NCBI GenBank assembly: GCA_034520965.1
Contig: JAXHMY010000007.1
Span: 96,001-160,000 of the forward strand
Reading direction: 5' to 3'
DNA from: Spirochaetia bacterium
GTDB lineage: Bacteria; Spirochaetota; Spirochaetia; DSM-16054; Sediminispirochaetaceae
DNA length: 64,000 nucleotides
How positions within the stretch are numbered: the stretch's first letter is position 1; each line of letters starts with the position of its first letter. The notes under the pieces were generated by a model. The model ran no database searches and was not told where the DNA came from. It saw only the letters and a list, made by a program, of their open reading frames with translations. Below, one piece after another: positions 48,533-58,769 of this stretch. Made by a program: the position numbers and the translations under genes.

Positions 48533-49789
48533 TTATTTAGGTGATTGGTAGACGAAGAGCTCATCCCCGATGCTGCCGTTGTCGGCATTGAAATAGAGCC
48601 GGCCGTCGATCGCGGTCATACCGTAGGGGTAACTGCTGCCGGATCCCGGGTTGATGTCCCACACCAGCTCGGCGTTTTGTCCGTTATAGCGCCAAAGCTC
48701 ACGTCCGTGGCTGCCGTCGTCGGCTGAGAAGTAGAGCTGTCCGTCGTAGACTTCCAGGCTTCCGGGATAGTAGGGGGTATGTCCACCGGCGATATCATCG
48801 TGCCGGGTTACCGTATTCCCATCGTAGGAGTAGATGTACTCGCGCACGCCGTTGTTCGCGGTAAAGTAGAGCTTTGTACCGTATACCGTGACATCGCCGA
48901 TTTGCGCGTTGCCGCCGCTGCGAATAGTGGTTATTTGTTCATAGATTTCATTGTTTCCATCGGAATCGCCCTGATCGTACATGTACAGCTCGCGTCCATC
49001 TCCGTTGCCGCTGTCGGCCTCGAAGTAGAGATTTCCGTCGTAGACGAGCAATTCCGCGGGCATTGAACCGGTGGCACTGGGATTCACTTCTTCAAGGGCC
49101 GGCAGTTTCATGCTATTGGAAGCGCTGTCGTAGTAGTAGAGCTCCGAGTCGGAGTTGGTTTCGGCATTGAAATAGAGGGTATTGTTGTAGACAGTAATGT
49201 AGGCCGGCCATGAGGAGTACGTTCCGCTGAGGCCGGTGCGGAACTCTACCGTCGAGCCGTCGTAGCGGTAGAGGTTTTTCCCGTTACTGCCGTCATTGCC
49301 CTGAAAATAAATGTAGCCGTCATGGACGACCGCATGGCCCCAATGGCCGTCGCCGGCGCCGCTGTTGATATCTGCGGCCAGCGATGCACTGTCGCTGCCA
49401 GAGTTCACTTTCCACAGTTCCATCCCGCTGGCACTGTTTTCGGCCTGGAAATAGAGTGTGCCGTCGAACACGACAAAGGAATCAGGGTCGGAATCGTCAC
49501 TGCCGGAGTAGATGTCCTCTACCAAAGTGGCACTTGTCCCGTCGTATTTCCACAGTTCTACGCCATGGCTGCTGTCCTCGGCAGCGAAGTAGACTGCACC
49601 GGCATGGCCGATGAAATACTCCGGATCTGAGCTGCCGGAGCCTGCAACAATATCGGCGGCCAGCTCTTTGATTTCCGGTCGCGCATTGGTACCTCCGGCA
49701 CCGGTGCTCTCACAGCTCATAAGAATACTCAATGCCCCAATAAGGGTCACGGCCATTATAGCTGTCGTCATAATCTTGTTTGTTTTCAT
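48533..49789 (-). CDS. ELWxxDGT repeat lipoprotein
   Basis: Lipobox LMSC; repeats LYF.A....G.ELW.YDG, DI..GSGSS.P. Confidence 0.88.
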   Translation of the reverse strand: MKTNKIMTTAIMAVTLIGALSILMSCESTGAGGTNARPEIKELAADIVAGSGSSDPEYFIGHAGAVYFAAEDSSHGVELWKYDGTSATLVEDIYSGSDDSDPDSFVVFDGTLYFQAENSASGMELWKVNSGSDSASLAADINSGAGDGHWGHAVVHDGYIYFQGNDGSNGKNLYRYDGSTVEFRTGLSGTYSSWPAYITVYNNTLYFNAETNSDSELYYYDSASNSMKLPALEEVNPSATGSMPAELLVYDGNLYFEADSGNGDGRELYMYDQGDSDGNNEIYEQITTIRSGGNAQIGDVTVYGTKLYFTANNGVREYIYSYDGNTVTRHDDIAGGHTPYYPGSLEVYDGQLYFSADDGSHGRELWRYNGQNAELVWDINPGSGSSYPYGMTAIDGRLYFNADNGSIGDELFVYQSPK

Positions 49790-50198
49790 TTAACCTTACC
49801 TCCTAACTCAAGAATACTGCGCTTCCGGAGGATTACACATAGTCAATTTGTCCAGGGGGTAAAGGCCTGGAGTTAGGATAAAAGGCTGTAACAATAGTTG
49901 GTTGGAAGAGGGAGGGCCGGTGCGGCTTACTTTTTGTCGTGTGTTTCGGTTGCGCCCTGCAGTCGCCCGCGGAGCCAGACCAGCTCGGTTCGTGATCCGA
50001 GACCAAGTTTGACAAGTGCATTCGAAAGATGGCTGTCCAACCTAATCACAAGTGCGTGAAAACCCGGGGTATCGAGCTCCAATAGGGATAATGGCGTCGA
50101 TATTTGCTCTCTGCTTATAAAGGGTTTCTCTGCCATACATTATAGTAATAGTAATGTATGGCAGGAAAATCAAATTCTCACTCTATTTCCCTTTAAAC

Positions 50199-50685
50199 CT
50201 ACTCTCCAACCACGATCGTGAGCGCGCCGCTTGATGGCAGAGTCTCACCGTCGGGATAAGTCCCATTGAAACTGACCGAATCGGCGAGGTTTCCATCCAC
50301 ATAGATGCTCAAGGTAACGTTGGTAAGGGTAACCCCATCGTCTTCGCCGTCCGAGTCCAGCATGGTGATGTTGATACTTGCACCCGTGCAACCGGGAAGG
50401 GTCTCGGTAAGGAGCGTACCATCATCCGGATCAATGGAGGCGTACTTGGGATCCGATGGGTCGGAGAAATCTCCCGAGGGTTTCACCCAGGTGGTCGCTA
50501 CACTTACGCTGTCGGTGTAGCTTCCACTGAACCTCCACTCGACTGTGTGGGTGGTAGTATCATCGCAGGTGCTGCTGCTCCCTCCATCCATCTGCACCGG
50601 CACTCTCACAACCGATGAGCAGTACGATCAGGCTTACCAGAATCAAAGTTCCGAATAGTGCTGTTTTTATGTATTTGTTACTCAT
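50199..50685 (-). CDS. Hypothetical lipoprotein (frameshift near 50590)
   Basis: AGGAGG RBS; MSNKYIKTALFGTLILVSLIVLLIGC signal joins the DGGSSSTCDD... ORF in another frame. Confidence 0.7.
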
Positions 50686-50863
50686 ATTTTCCTCCTTTTA
50701 TAGTAACTAATATGGGGCGGAAAAACGGGAATCTCTGTAGTCAATTTGTCGAGGTGGTTTCGGTTTCGCCGGGAGGTATGGAAGAAACACTAAGATGCAG
50801 GTAAAAGAAATTCTAAACAGGGCTGTTAAGCTATATATTAAGGCCGCTGTGGCTGTCTTCATC

Positions 50864-50980
50864 CGGATGGGGAGGTTATGTAAACTACGGATATATCGGG
50901 TAGGGCAAGGTGGGCAACACGGATGGGCACAGATGGTGTTGGCAGGTTAACCGGCTCCTAACTGTGTTTATCAGTGGTTG
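50864..50980 (+). repeat. Module-boundary motif copy 3 with extended imperfect palindrome
   Basis: CGGATGGGGAGGTTATGTAAACTACGGATAT...CAACACGGATGGGCACAGATGG...CTGTGTTTATCAGTGGTT. Confidence 0.85.
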
Positions 50981-51116
50981 CGGAAATATTTTTAAAATAA
51001 CTGAAAAGTGAACAACAGAAGGTTTCTTCCGAGACCATCTACAATTATATTGACTAATGCTGGAATGGAGTTAGGCTTGAATTGTTGCAGCTGGGACACA
51101 TTTAAGACCTGACCTT

Positions 51117-53999
51117 TTACTCCACAACTGGCTCAGGTTTTTCAACTGGGAATTTGATGGTAAATTTTGGAGAGGGGCTCTTTTCTAATTCCAGGGTTCC
51201 CTCTAACTGCTTTATGAGGATAGATATTAGCTTTAAGCCTGAGGTTTCCGTATTCTCTATATCAATATCATCGGGAAATGGATTTCCGCTATTCGAAAGG
51301 CTAAAGCGATAGAGCTTGCTGTCTTTATCTTCTACGAAGCTCACGGTAAATATAGCTCCATCTTTTGGAGGTAAAGCCGTATTTAATAGCGTTTGTGGCT
51401 ATCTCGTTTGCGATTAAACCCAGGGAGATCGTAGTCTTGGTGGAAATGCTCAGCTCTTCAATTTCATTGATTATTCGTACATTCCTGTCGGCGGTGGAAG
51501 AGAATATTGTTTTCAAAAGTTCCTGGAAGTATTCTCTTACCTCAATTCTGTCTAATTCAGTGTAATGCTGGAGCTTCTCATGCACCAATTGAATTGCATC
51601 TATTCTATGTTTCAGGTCGGATAGATCAGCTTCAGACTCTGAGTCTTTTAAGCTGATAAGAGAGGATACCATGGAGAGGTTGTTTTTTACCCTGTGGTTG
51701 AGCTCTTTCATCAGGAAGTCCTTTTCTATGAGAGCTTTTCTGAGGGCTTTTTCATTGTTCTTGCGCTCGGTAATATCGCGAATGCTCGATACCACGAACT
51801 TCTTTTTTCCTTCGGTGTAGAGGTAGGCACTGGCACTTCTATCGGAATAACGCAACACCGTCTTTTCTTATATTCTCGGTTTCGAAGGTAAGATGTTGTT
51901 TACGCTTTAGTTCTTGGGCATACTGATGCATTGCAGATACGCTGTTCTCCGGTATTACACTTTTAGCAGACATATTCAGGAGCTTTCCCTGCCGTACTGC
52001 AATAAAATACTGGCCTGTTCATTTACCGCGATATTCTGGCTCGGCAGATCATCCTCGTCTATCCCATGGACGAAGATGGCGTCGTTTGAGTAATTAAAGA
52101 GCAAGCGGTATTTTTCTTCACTCTCTTTCAAGGCTTTCTCTTTTTCTCTTCTTTCTGTGAGGTTCCGGGAAACCCCGAAGTGATACTTCTCCTCCGTCGA
52201 GCATGAAAAAGATGCCATTCACTTCGACGGGTATCTCCTTTCCGCTTTTGTGTCTATGGATAGTCTCAAACAATACAGTGGTCCCCTCCGGTTGGTCCTT
52301 CCAGAATTCGATAAAACGCGCAGATGGAAAGTTTAGGTCGACATCGTCGATTGTTAATTGCAGCAGCTCTTCCTTTGAATAGCCGAGCATTTTACAGGCA
52401 GTATAATTGGCCTGGAAAATTTTGCCCGTTTCGTTTAGTAAATACACCGCATCGATACTGTTTTCCATCAAATTGCGGTACAGAGCCTCCTTTGCGCGAA
52501 GCTCCTTTTCCGCCTGTTTTTGCTCGGTAATGTCCATTACGGTAAAGGTAACCCCCTGGGAGATGTCGGCCGGATGGATGGGGGATGAGGCAAGAAGAAC
52601 TTCCATGATCGTCCCGTCTTTTTTTTGCCAGCGGGTTTCAACCCTTCCGCTGCCCTGTGTATCTATCTGACGGTACTTCTCTGAGCCGACGTACTCAAAA
52701 TCCTCTTGAGACGCATAGAAAATCCGGGCGGGCTTACCGATAAGCTCATCACGGCAGTAGCCGTCATAAAACAGAGTTTTTCGTTTGCTTCTACTATTGT
52801 CCGTTTTTTTCTGCCTTGAACGACCCCGATGCCCGTGGGAGCCGCCTTCAAGATGCTCGTGATTTTGTCGCTGCTCTCCTTCAATTCCGCCTCCACCTGT
52901 TTTTGGGCTGTCAAGTCATGGCCAATAATGAGGGCTGCGGGTGAAGAGTTGAAGGTTATCGGTATCGAGGTGGATTCGCAGCAGCGGGTTTTTCCGTCCC
53001 GGCGAAGGATAATAATTTCCTCGGCAGGATTTTTACGGCCGGCTTCGAGTTTTTCCATTCGTTCTTTGACTCTTTTGAGCGAGTCCGCGGAAACAGTCGG
53101 CCCCACGGGTGTACCTATGAGCTCTTGGGCAGAGGCATACCCCCACATTTCCGCCGCACTGGGGTTGCTGTAGACATATTTCCCATCTTGAACTACGAGT
53201 ATAGGAGTAGGTGCGGAACGCAGCAAAAGATCGTACTGTTCCCGCTGCCTGTCGAGTTCCTCCTGCATGAGCTTGGATTCGGTTATATCCTGGACGTGGG
53301 TTACGAAGTGGAGGGGTTTTCCCTCTGAATCACGCAGAAGCATGCTGTTGACATCGGCCCATACTACCGTGCCGTTTTTGCGGATATAGCGTTTGATGAA
53401 CTGTCTGCTATCGGTCTTCCCATCGAGCATTGATTTCATTTGATCGACACTCATTTCGACATCTTCCGGGTGGGTCAGTTTCGTAAAATTAACCGAGAAA
53501 ATTTCCGTCGGTGAATAACCGAGCATAGAGGCAAAGGCCTCGTTTACCCGCAGGAGTTCTCCGGTGGGGGAGGTGAGGACCATTCCAACGGAGGTATACT
53601 CAAAGGCTTTGCGGAACTTATCCTCGCTCTCCCAGAGGCGAAAGGCCATCCTGATAGAGGCAAGCAGTACCGTCTCGCCAGAGTTTTTAACGATGTAGCC
53701 GTAGGAGGTAATGCCCTCGGTCTTTTCCACTACCGCCGGCTCAGTATGGGAGGAGAGAAATACAACCGGCAGGTCGCGGGTCTCGAGTATTTTTTCGGCA
53801 GCTTCGGTTCCGTCCATTCCAACGCCCAGATCGATGTCCATGAGTATAAGGGAAATGTCGGGATCCCAGGCAGCCTCTTCGACGGCTTTCCGGCCGCTGT
53901 AGACGGTGCTTACCTCAAAGCCGGTGCTTTTTCAGCATCCGGGCTTCGGACATTGCGATAATTGCCTCATCTTCGACTCAAGAGGATCTTTCTGGACAC
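51117..53999 (-). pseudogene. REC + multi-PAS + HisKA_2 histidine kinase (several frameshifts)
   Basis: KILL(V)EDEAIIA...LMDIDLG receiver; several PAS/PAC units (THVQDITE, VMDITE); ELNHRVKNNL; NEIATNAIKY split over five ORFs. Confidence 0.85.
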
Positions 54000-54150
54000 T
54001 AGACACCTTCTTCGGTTGCTTCTTCAGCTCCTTCTTCGGAGGAACTCTCAGGCTATACCTGATTCGTAAGCCATAGCCATATCGACTATCAAGTTAAATA
54101 AAGTGCTTGATTAAATTGGGACCATACTTGAAGTGGGTCTGGAGCGATCT

Positions 54151-54312
54151 CTATGTCGCATTACTAAAAGCTCGCTGTTGGCTTCCGGCTCCGCTGGTAT
54201 CTCCTGCACCGGCGCTCTCGCAACCGGTAAGCAATACCATAAGGCTTGCCAGAATCAAAGTGCCGAATAGGGCTGTTAAGCTATTTATTAAGGCCGCTGT
54301 GGCTGTATTCAT
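54151..54312 (-). pseudogene. Short lipoprotein or orphan lipoprotein-signal remnant (53 aa)
   Basis: MNTATAALINSLTALFGTLILASLMVLLTGCESAGAGDTSGAGSQQRAFSNAT*; paralogous to the 5' end of the 50199-50685 gene. Confidence 0.55.
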
Positions 54313-54313
54313 C

Positions 54314-54390
54314 CGGATGTTATATAAACTAGGGATATATTGCCCTGGTGGCGTGCTTTACGCGTATACTCGTCGCGCATACTCGTAGTT
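54314..54390 (+). repeat. Module-boundary motif copy 4 (lacks GGGAGG)
   Basis: CGGATG-TTATATAAACTAGGGATAT...CTCGTAGTT. Confidence 0.8.
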
Positions 54391-54443
54391 ATTTAACTTG
54401 TCTCTGCTGCACAAGACGTGTATGATCTAGTTCAGTTAACATC

Positions 54444-55646
54444 ATGTTGTATTTAAGCTTGCAGTTGTGGAACCTGGTCTCGGTATTTCTCTGGTACCGG
54501 TTCCTGTCGGACAAATTACACTACGTTATTGACAAGAACAGCGTGCACGGACTCTGGGGTTTCTTTTTTGCGGGAGTGGTCAGCACGTTCACTATTGAGA
54601 CCCTACATGCCATTTATCCCCTCTCGATTTTTGTACAGTCGATTTACGAGAGCGATTTTCTCTACAGTGTTCTGGTCACCGGGGTAATCGAGGAGTTTGC
54701 CAAGTGGACGGCCTTTATCCTGATTGCCCACTATGTGGGCACGGTGAAGGAGCCCCAGGACGGGGTGCTGCAGGGAGCCGCGGTGGGCCTCGGGTTCGGC
54801 TTTATCGAGAACATCATGTATATAGACAGATACACCGAGCTATTTATAGGCGTGCGCCCGATTCTCAGTACCGGCGGGCACATGCTCTACGGTGCGGTGT
54901 GGGGCGGACTGTATTCGGCGGCCCGATGGAGCAACGTGAGTTCGCGCGACCCCGGGGCTTACCGGGTAGCGTTTTTGGGGCTGTTTTTGATGGCCTGCGT
55001 GCACGGGCTGTACAATTCAGTGGTGGTGTATGGCTTACTTTTTGGCGTACTGGTAGATTCAGTTGTCTTGCATTCTTCGTTTGTTCTTTTCATGCATCTG
55101 ACGAAGCACTCGCCCTACCGGAACTTTCCGCTTAGTAAGGCCAAAACGGCTATTCCGGGGATCAGGCGCGGGCTGTTTTTTAACCCCAAGAGCCCCATTC
55201 TCAACGACCGGATGGCCACCTACCTGATGCACTTAGGTGAGCACAGGCGGGCCATTCAGTATTTTTATGACGCCCTTCCCCGGGCTGCGCAGAAAGATAG
55301 AATTAGGTTTCTAGCGGCGGTCTGCGAGTTTGCCTTTCTGAAGAATGAGAAGGGGCGGCAGCGGATTATCAAAACTTGGGGCCGCCTTTCGGACAGCGAC
55401 CGCAAGAAGGCCCGCAGCCAGCTTGAAAGGATTTTGGCGCGGAACAACACCCTGCTGCACAATGTGGAACAGGTGATCGACTCGCCCTTCAGCGTGCGTC
55501 GCGGAAAACAGGGCTATGTACTGGCCAAGGATTTGAAGGCCCGCAGAATCAACCGCAAGTACCGGCGCAGCAAAGCAATCGATGCGGTGGTGAAGACGTT
55601 GTCGGAAGAGGAGAAGCTTAAGCTGCGGCGGAAGCTGGGGCTGTGA
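54444..55646 (+). CDS. PrsW-family intramembrane protease with soluble C-terminal extension
   Basis: IEEFAK, GLGFGFIENIMY, GHMLYG, VHGLYN. Confidence 0.88.
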   Translation: MLYLSLQLWNLVSVFLWYRFLSDKLHYVIDKNSVHGLWGFFFAGVVSTFTIETLHAIYPLSIFVQSIYESDFLYSVLVTGVIEEFAKWTAFILIAHYVGTVKEPQDGVLQGAAVGLGFGFIENIMYIDRYTELFIGVRPILSTGGHMLYGAVWGGLYSAARWSNVSSRDPGAYRVAFLGLFLMACVHGLYNSVVVYGLLFGVLVDSVVLHSSFVLFMHLTKHSPYRNFPLSKAKTAIPGIRRGLFFNPKSPILNDRMATYLMHLGEHRRAIQYFYDALPRAAQKDRIRFLAAVCEFAFLKNEKGRQRIIKTWGRLSDSDRKKARSQLERILARNNTLLHNVEQVIDSPFSVRRGKQGYVLAKDLKARRINRKYRRSKAIDAVVKTLSEEEKLKLRRKLGL

Positions 55647-55757
55647 GGTTTCTATGAAGCGGCATGGCAAATTCCGGTTTTACTCAATTTGCTGGGTCGC
55701 CGATAAGTAGACAATAAGATAAATTTCAAAAAAGAATGTTATAAAAAGGAGTCAAAA

Positions 55758-57296
55758 ATGAGTATCAGTAAAAAGGTATGTATATTATTCGTACTTATTA
55801 CCATTCTGGCTGGTTGTGCTACTTCTCAGTCGACCAGTGCAGAGAAAAAGGATGATTATTATAAAAGCTGGAGTATAGATTACGGCCGGCCTAAAGAGTA
55901 TGTAGAGCAGGGGCCCTACACTCAGATTGATCCGCAGTACCTCGCCGAGCTGGATATGATCGGTGAGATTTCTACTACTGATGATTTGCATAAAATCTAC
56001 CGTTATGTGTTTGATGAATACGCCCATCCTTCGGAAGTCGGGTATGAAGAGGACCCACTGCAGCGGGTTGAACAAATCAAGACAAATACGATACTCGAAC
56101 TGAAAATCCTGAGCGGTGAATTGTCTTACGCAACCTTGATGGCAAGTGTACTCCGGTATAAAGGTATACCGGCGCTCGTTGCACACGGAATGGCAATTGG
56201 CGGTGTACTGAATACTAATTCCGATTCAGATTATACCTTTGTTGAAGCGTATGTTGACGGCCGCTGGGTTCTATTGGATCCCACCAACCGAGATAAGCCA
56301 GCCCGCATAGGAGAGAGCTATGATCCTGCAAAGCCTGTAATCGATTTCGATGAGATCGATCTTGTTTCCCGACGAGGAGAGCAGATTGGCTATTACATTG
56401 TTGCGAAAGGATTAGATATGGCAGAAAGCGGATACCCCTCTCAGAAATCGCTGGAAAAAATCAAAGAAATTCATGAGGATTATATTAGAGAATATTTTTC
56501 AACCGAATCTTTCGAAAACACTTCTGGTGAAACAGAGAGCGCAGAGAAGGGCAAACCTCAAAATTCAGAGGAACCTGAGCTGAAAACAGTTTCCCTCACA
56601 AAGGAAGATGTGCAGAAGAAAATTCAAAACAGGTGGGGCATTGATTACAGCCGGCCCTCTCAATATCTGAAGCAAGGTCCGCAAACTCGAATACCACAAG
56701 AGTATCGGGAAGAGATTGATAATATTCTGGGGCCGGTAGAAAAAATCGGGTCAATTAATACAGGTATACGACTACATCCACGGTAATTATCGCACCGAAC
56801 CCGCCGGGGGGCGCTATATCGGAACAATGACTGTTGAAAAAATTTTGAGAGAAAGATTCTTACCGGCTGTCATGATCATGGCTTGTTTGTTGCTGCAATA
56901 CTAAGGCATAACGGAGTCCCGGCGATTCTTGTGGATGGTGTCGACTTGAATTTTGTTGAAAAGTATCCGAATCATGACGGGTACGGCGGCCATGTGTACG
57001 TAGAGGCGTATGTTGCTGGCAGTTGGGTTTTACTTGATTCAACGAACAGCCGCTATGTTGTCGACTACGATTATACCGACCCGGTGATAAATGAATTTGA
57101 GAACGAAAATGATCTTGAGCACCTCGGCAAATATGTGATGTTCAAAGGTCTCGACAGCAACTCTTACGGGATTGAAAAGCATGAAGATTTGATCAGTTAT
57201 TTGATAGCATATGCTGAATACCTGAATGATGAATATCAAGTTGAACCGTATTTTGAGAGATATCCGCGGCCGGAGAGCCGGCACATTCAGGATTAG
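55758..57296 (+). CDS. Lipoprotein with tandem transglutaminase-like domains (frameshifts near 56760 and 56853)
   Basis: Lipobox LAGC; duplicated W.IDY.RP..Y..QGP.T.I and VEAYV.G.WVLLD.TN; second copy has TGCHDHG and GHVYVE. Confidence 0.78.
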
Positions 57297-57470
57297 GACT
57301 AAAGATAAGTGTAATTTGGCGGATCCCTCCCATCTATTCGAGCGGTAGTTTTCTTCAGGCGGGTGCATCAGACTGAATACCTCGGTCTGTTCGTAGTGGC
57401 TGATTGTTAGAATAGATGTTGTGGCCGGCGAAAGCCGGCCCTTCATCCTTTCTTTATCCGCGGTTATACT

Positions 57471-57815
57471 TCACACATCACTGCTTACCGAGAGAACTCC
57501 GTACATTTGTGTAATGACGTGTCGAAGCTGTTCTGCTGTTATCTCTTCAATAAAACCTATTCGGTTTCCGATTCTCTGTTTTGAGATGGTCCGAATCTGG
57601 TCGACCGCAATTTCCGAGGCTTTGTCGGTAACCGAAGTTTGAACCCGGCTAGGCCAGGACGGGTGAACCTGGGAGGTTATCGGGCAGACGACGATTGTGT
57701 GAAGATAACGGTTCATAAGTTGATCGCTTACGACAACCGCCGGCCTGGTTTTGATCATTTCACTTCCGGTACCTGGATCAAGGTGTACCCAGTATACCCC
57801 GTAGCGCTCAATCAT
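57471..57815 (-). CDS. mazF: MazF/PemK toxin
   Basis: YWVHLDPGTGSEMIKTRPAVVVS, CPITS, DQIRTISKQR. Confidence 0.92.
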   Translation of the reverse strand: MIERYGVYWVHLDPGTGSEMIKTRPAVVVSDQLMNRYLHTIVVCPITSQVHPSWPSRVQTSVTDKASEIAVDQIRTISKQRIGNRIGFIEEITAEQLRHVITQMYGVLSVSSDV

Positions 57816-58062
57816 CGATTCCGTCCTCATCGGTCGTTTGCCATGCTTCCCACTCCATCGAATCCTCCCGTTCGGCCGCCATTTGCTGATACGCCGCTTC
57901 CCATGAAAGGGTATATTCCTGCTGTATGGGCCTGAGAAATAGACCGTTACGGTTTTGCTCTATTTCCATGTCGGAGCCTTCTTTCAGGCCGTACAAGTTA
58001 AGAAGCTTTTTGGGAAGGCGAATTCCGCGGGAGTTTCCGATCTTGATTATCTTTGCTTTCAT
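57808..58062 (-). CDS. mazE: AbrB/MazE antitoxin
   Basis: KIIKIGNSRGIRLPK; acidic C-terminus; overlaps the toxin start. Confidence 0.92.
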   Translation of the reverse strand: MKAKIIKIGNSRGIRLPKKLLNLYGLKEGSDMEIEQNRNGLFLRPIQQEYTLSWEAAYQQMAAEREDSMEWEAWQTTDEDGIDD

Positions 58063-58097
58063 GTAATTACAGTAATAACATTTTTAGTGCATGTCAA
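58062..58097 (-). promoter_or_regulatory. mazEF promoter and operator
   Basis: Minus strand TTGACA-N17-TACTGT ending 6 nt before the ATG; palindrome TGTAATTACA plus GTAATAAC. Confidence 0.7.
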
Positions 58098-58157
58098 ACC
58101 ATTGCGGATGGGTGGGAGTAGTTTTATTTTCTTTTCCAATGGATAACACTGAAGCGT

Positions 58158-58540
58158 TTATACCTGCATGACCATATACGCTTCGCGAAAAGCCGCTCCT
58201 GCCAGAATCAGTACCGATAGCGTCACCGCTAACCACTGTTCGGTTTTCAATGAACTACGGTCCTGTCTTGGAACCGGTTTTGAGGGGGTTCGAAATGTCT
58301 CTGAGTGATTGGCCGAAATGGAATTGGTGGCGACGGCCAACAAAACTGCCGCTGCCATTTCATAAAGGCCGGTGCGTCCGAACACCGGCCATCTGTGAAA
58401 GCGGCGACAGCCCACGAATGAGGCCTTCCGGCAAAAAGAGGTAGCTAAGGGTCCAGCTGGCAAAAAACAGCGCCAATCCCAGTAGGTACAGGCTGATAAA
58501 GCGTACCACGACATGTTCGTGTTCCAAGTAGCGAAGCATC
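58158..58540 (-). pseudogene. Membrane protein remnant
   Basis: MLRYLEHEHVVVRFISLYLLGLALFFASWTLSYLFLPEG then a frame change to YEMAAAVLLAVAT...LILAGAAFREAYM. Confidence 0.45.
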
Positions 58541-58613
58541 GCGTTTCTTCCTTGGTGGTTTTTGTATCGATGGGTAGAGTGTAGCAAAGCAAGCAGTATT
58601 AATCGAGCAATTT

Positions 58614-58643
58614 AGATAGGGAGGTTATATAAACTAGGGATAT
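58614..58643 (+). repeat. Module-boundary motif copy 5
   Basis: AGATAGGGAGGTTATATAAACTAGGGATAT. Confidence 0.85.
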
Positions 58644-58769
58644 ATGGTTCTGACCGCACGCTTTGCGTGATTGGCATGTGACCACTGGAGGGCAGTTGTT
58701 GCCGGTTTCATCTATTTTCTACTTGAGCTTTTAGTTTACCATTTTACCCTGAATCCCTATACTGTGACC

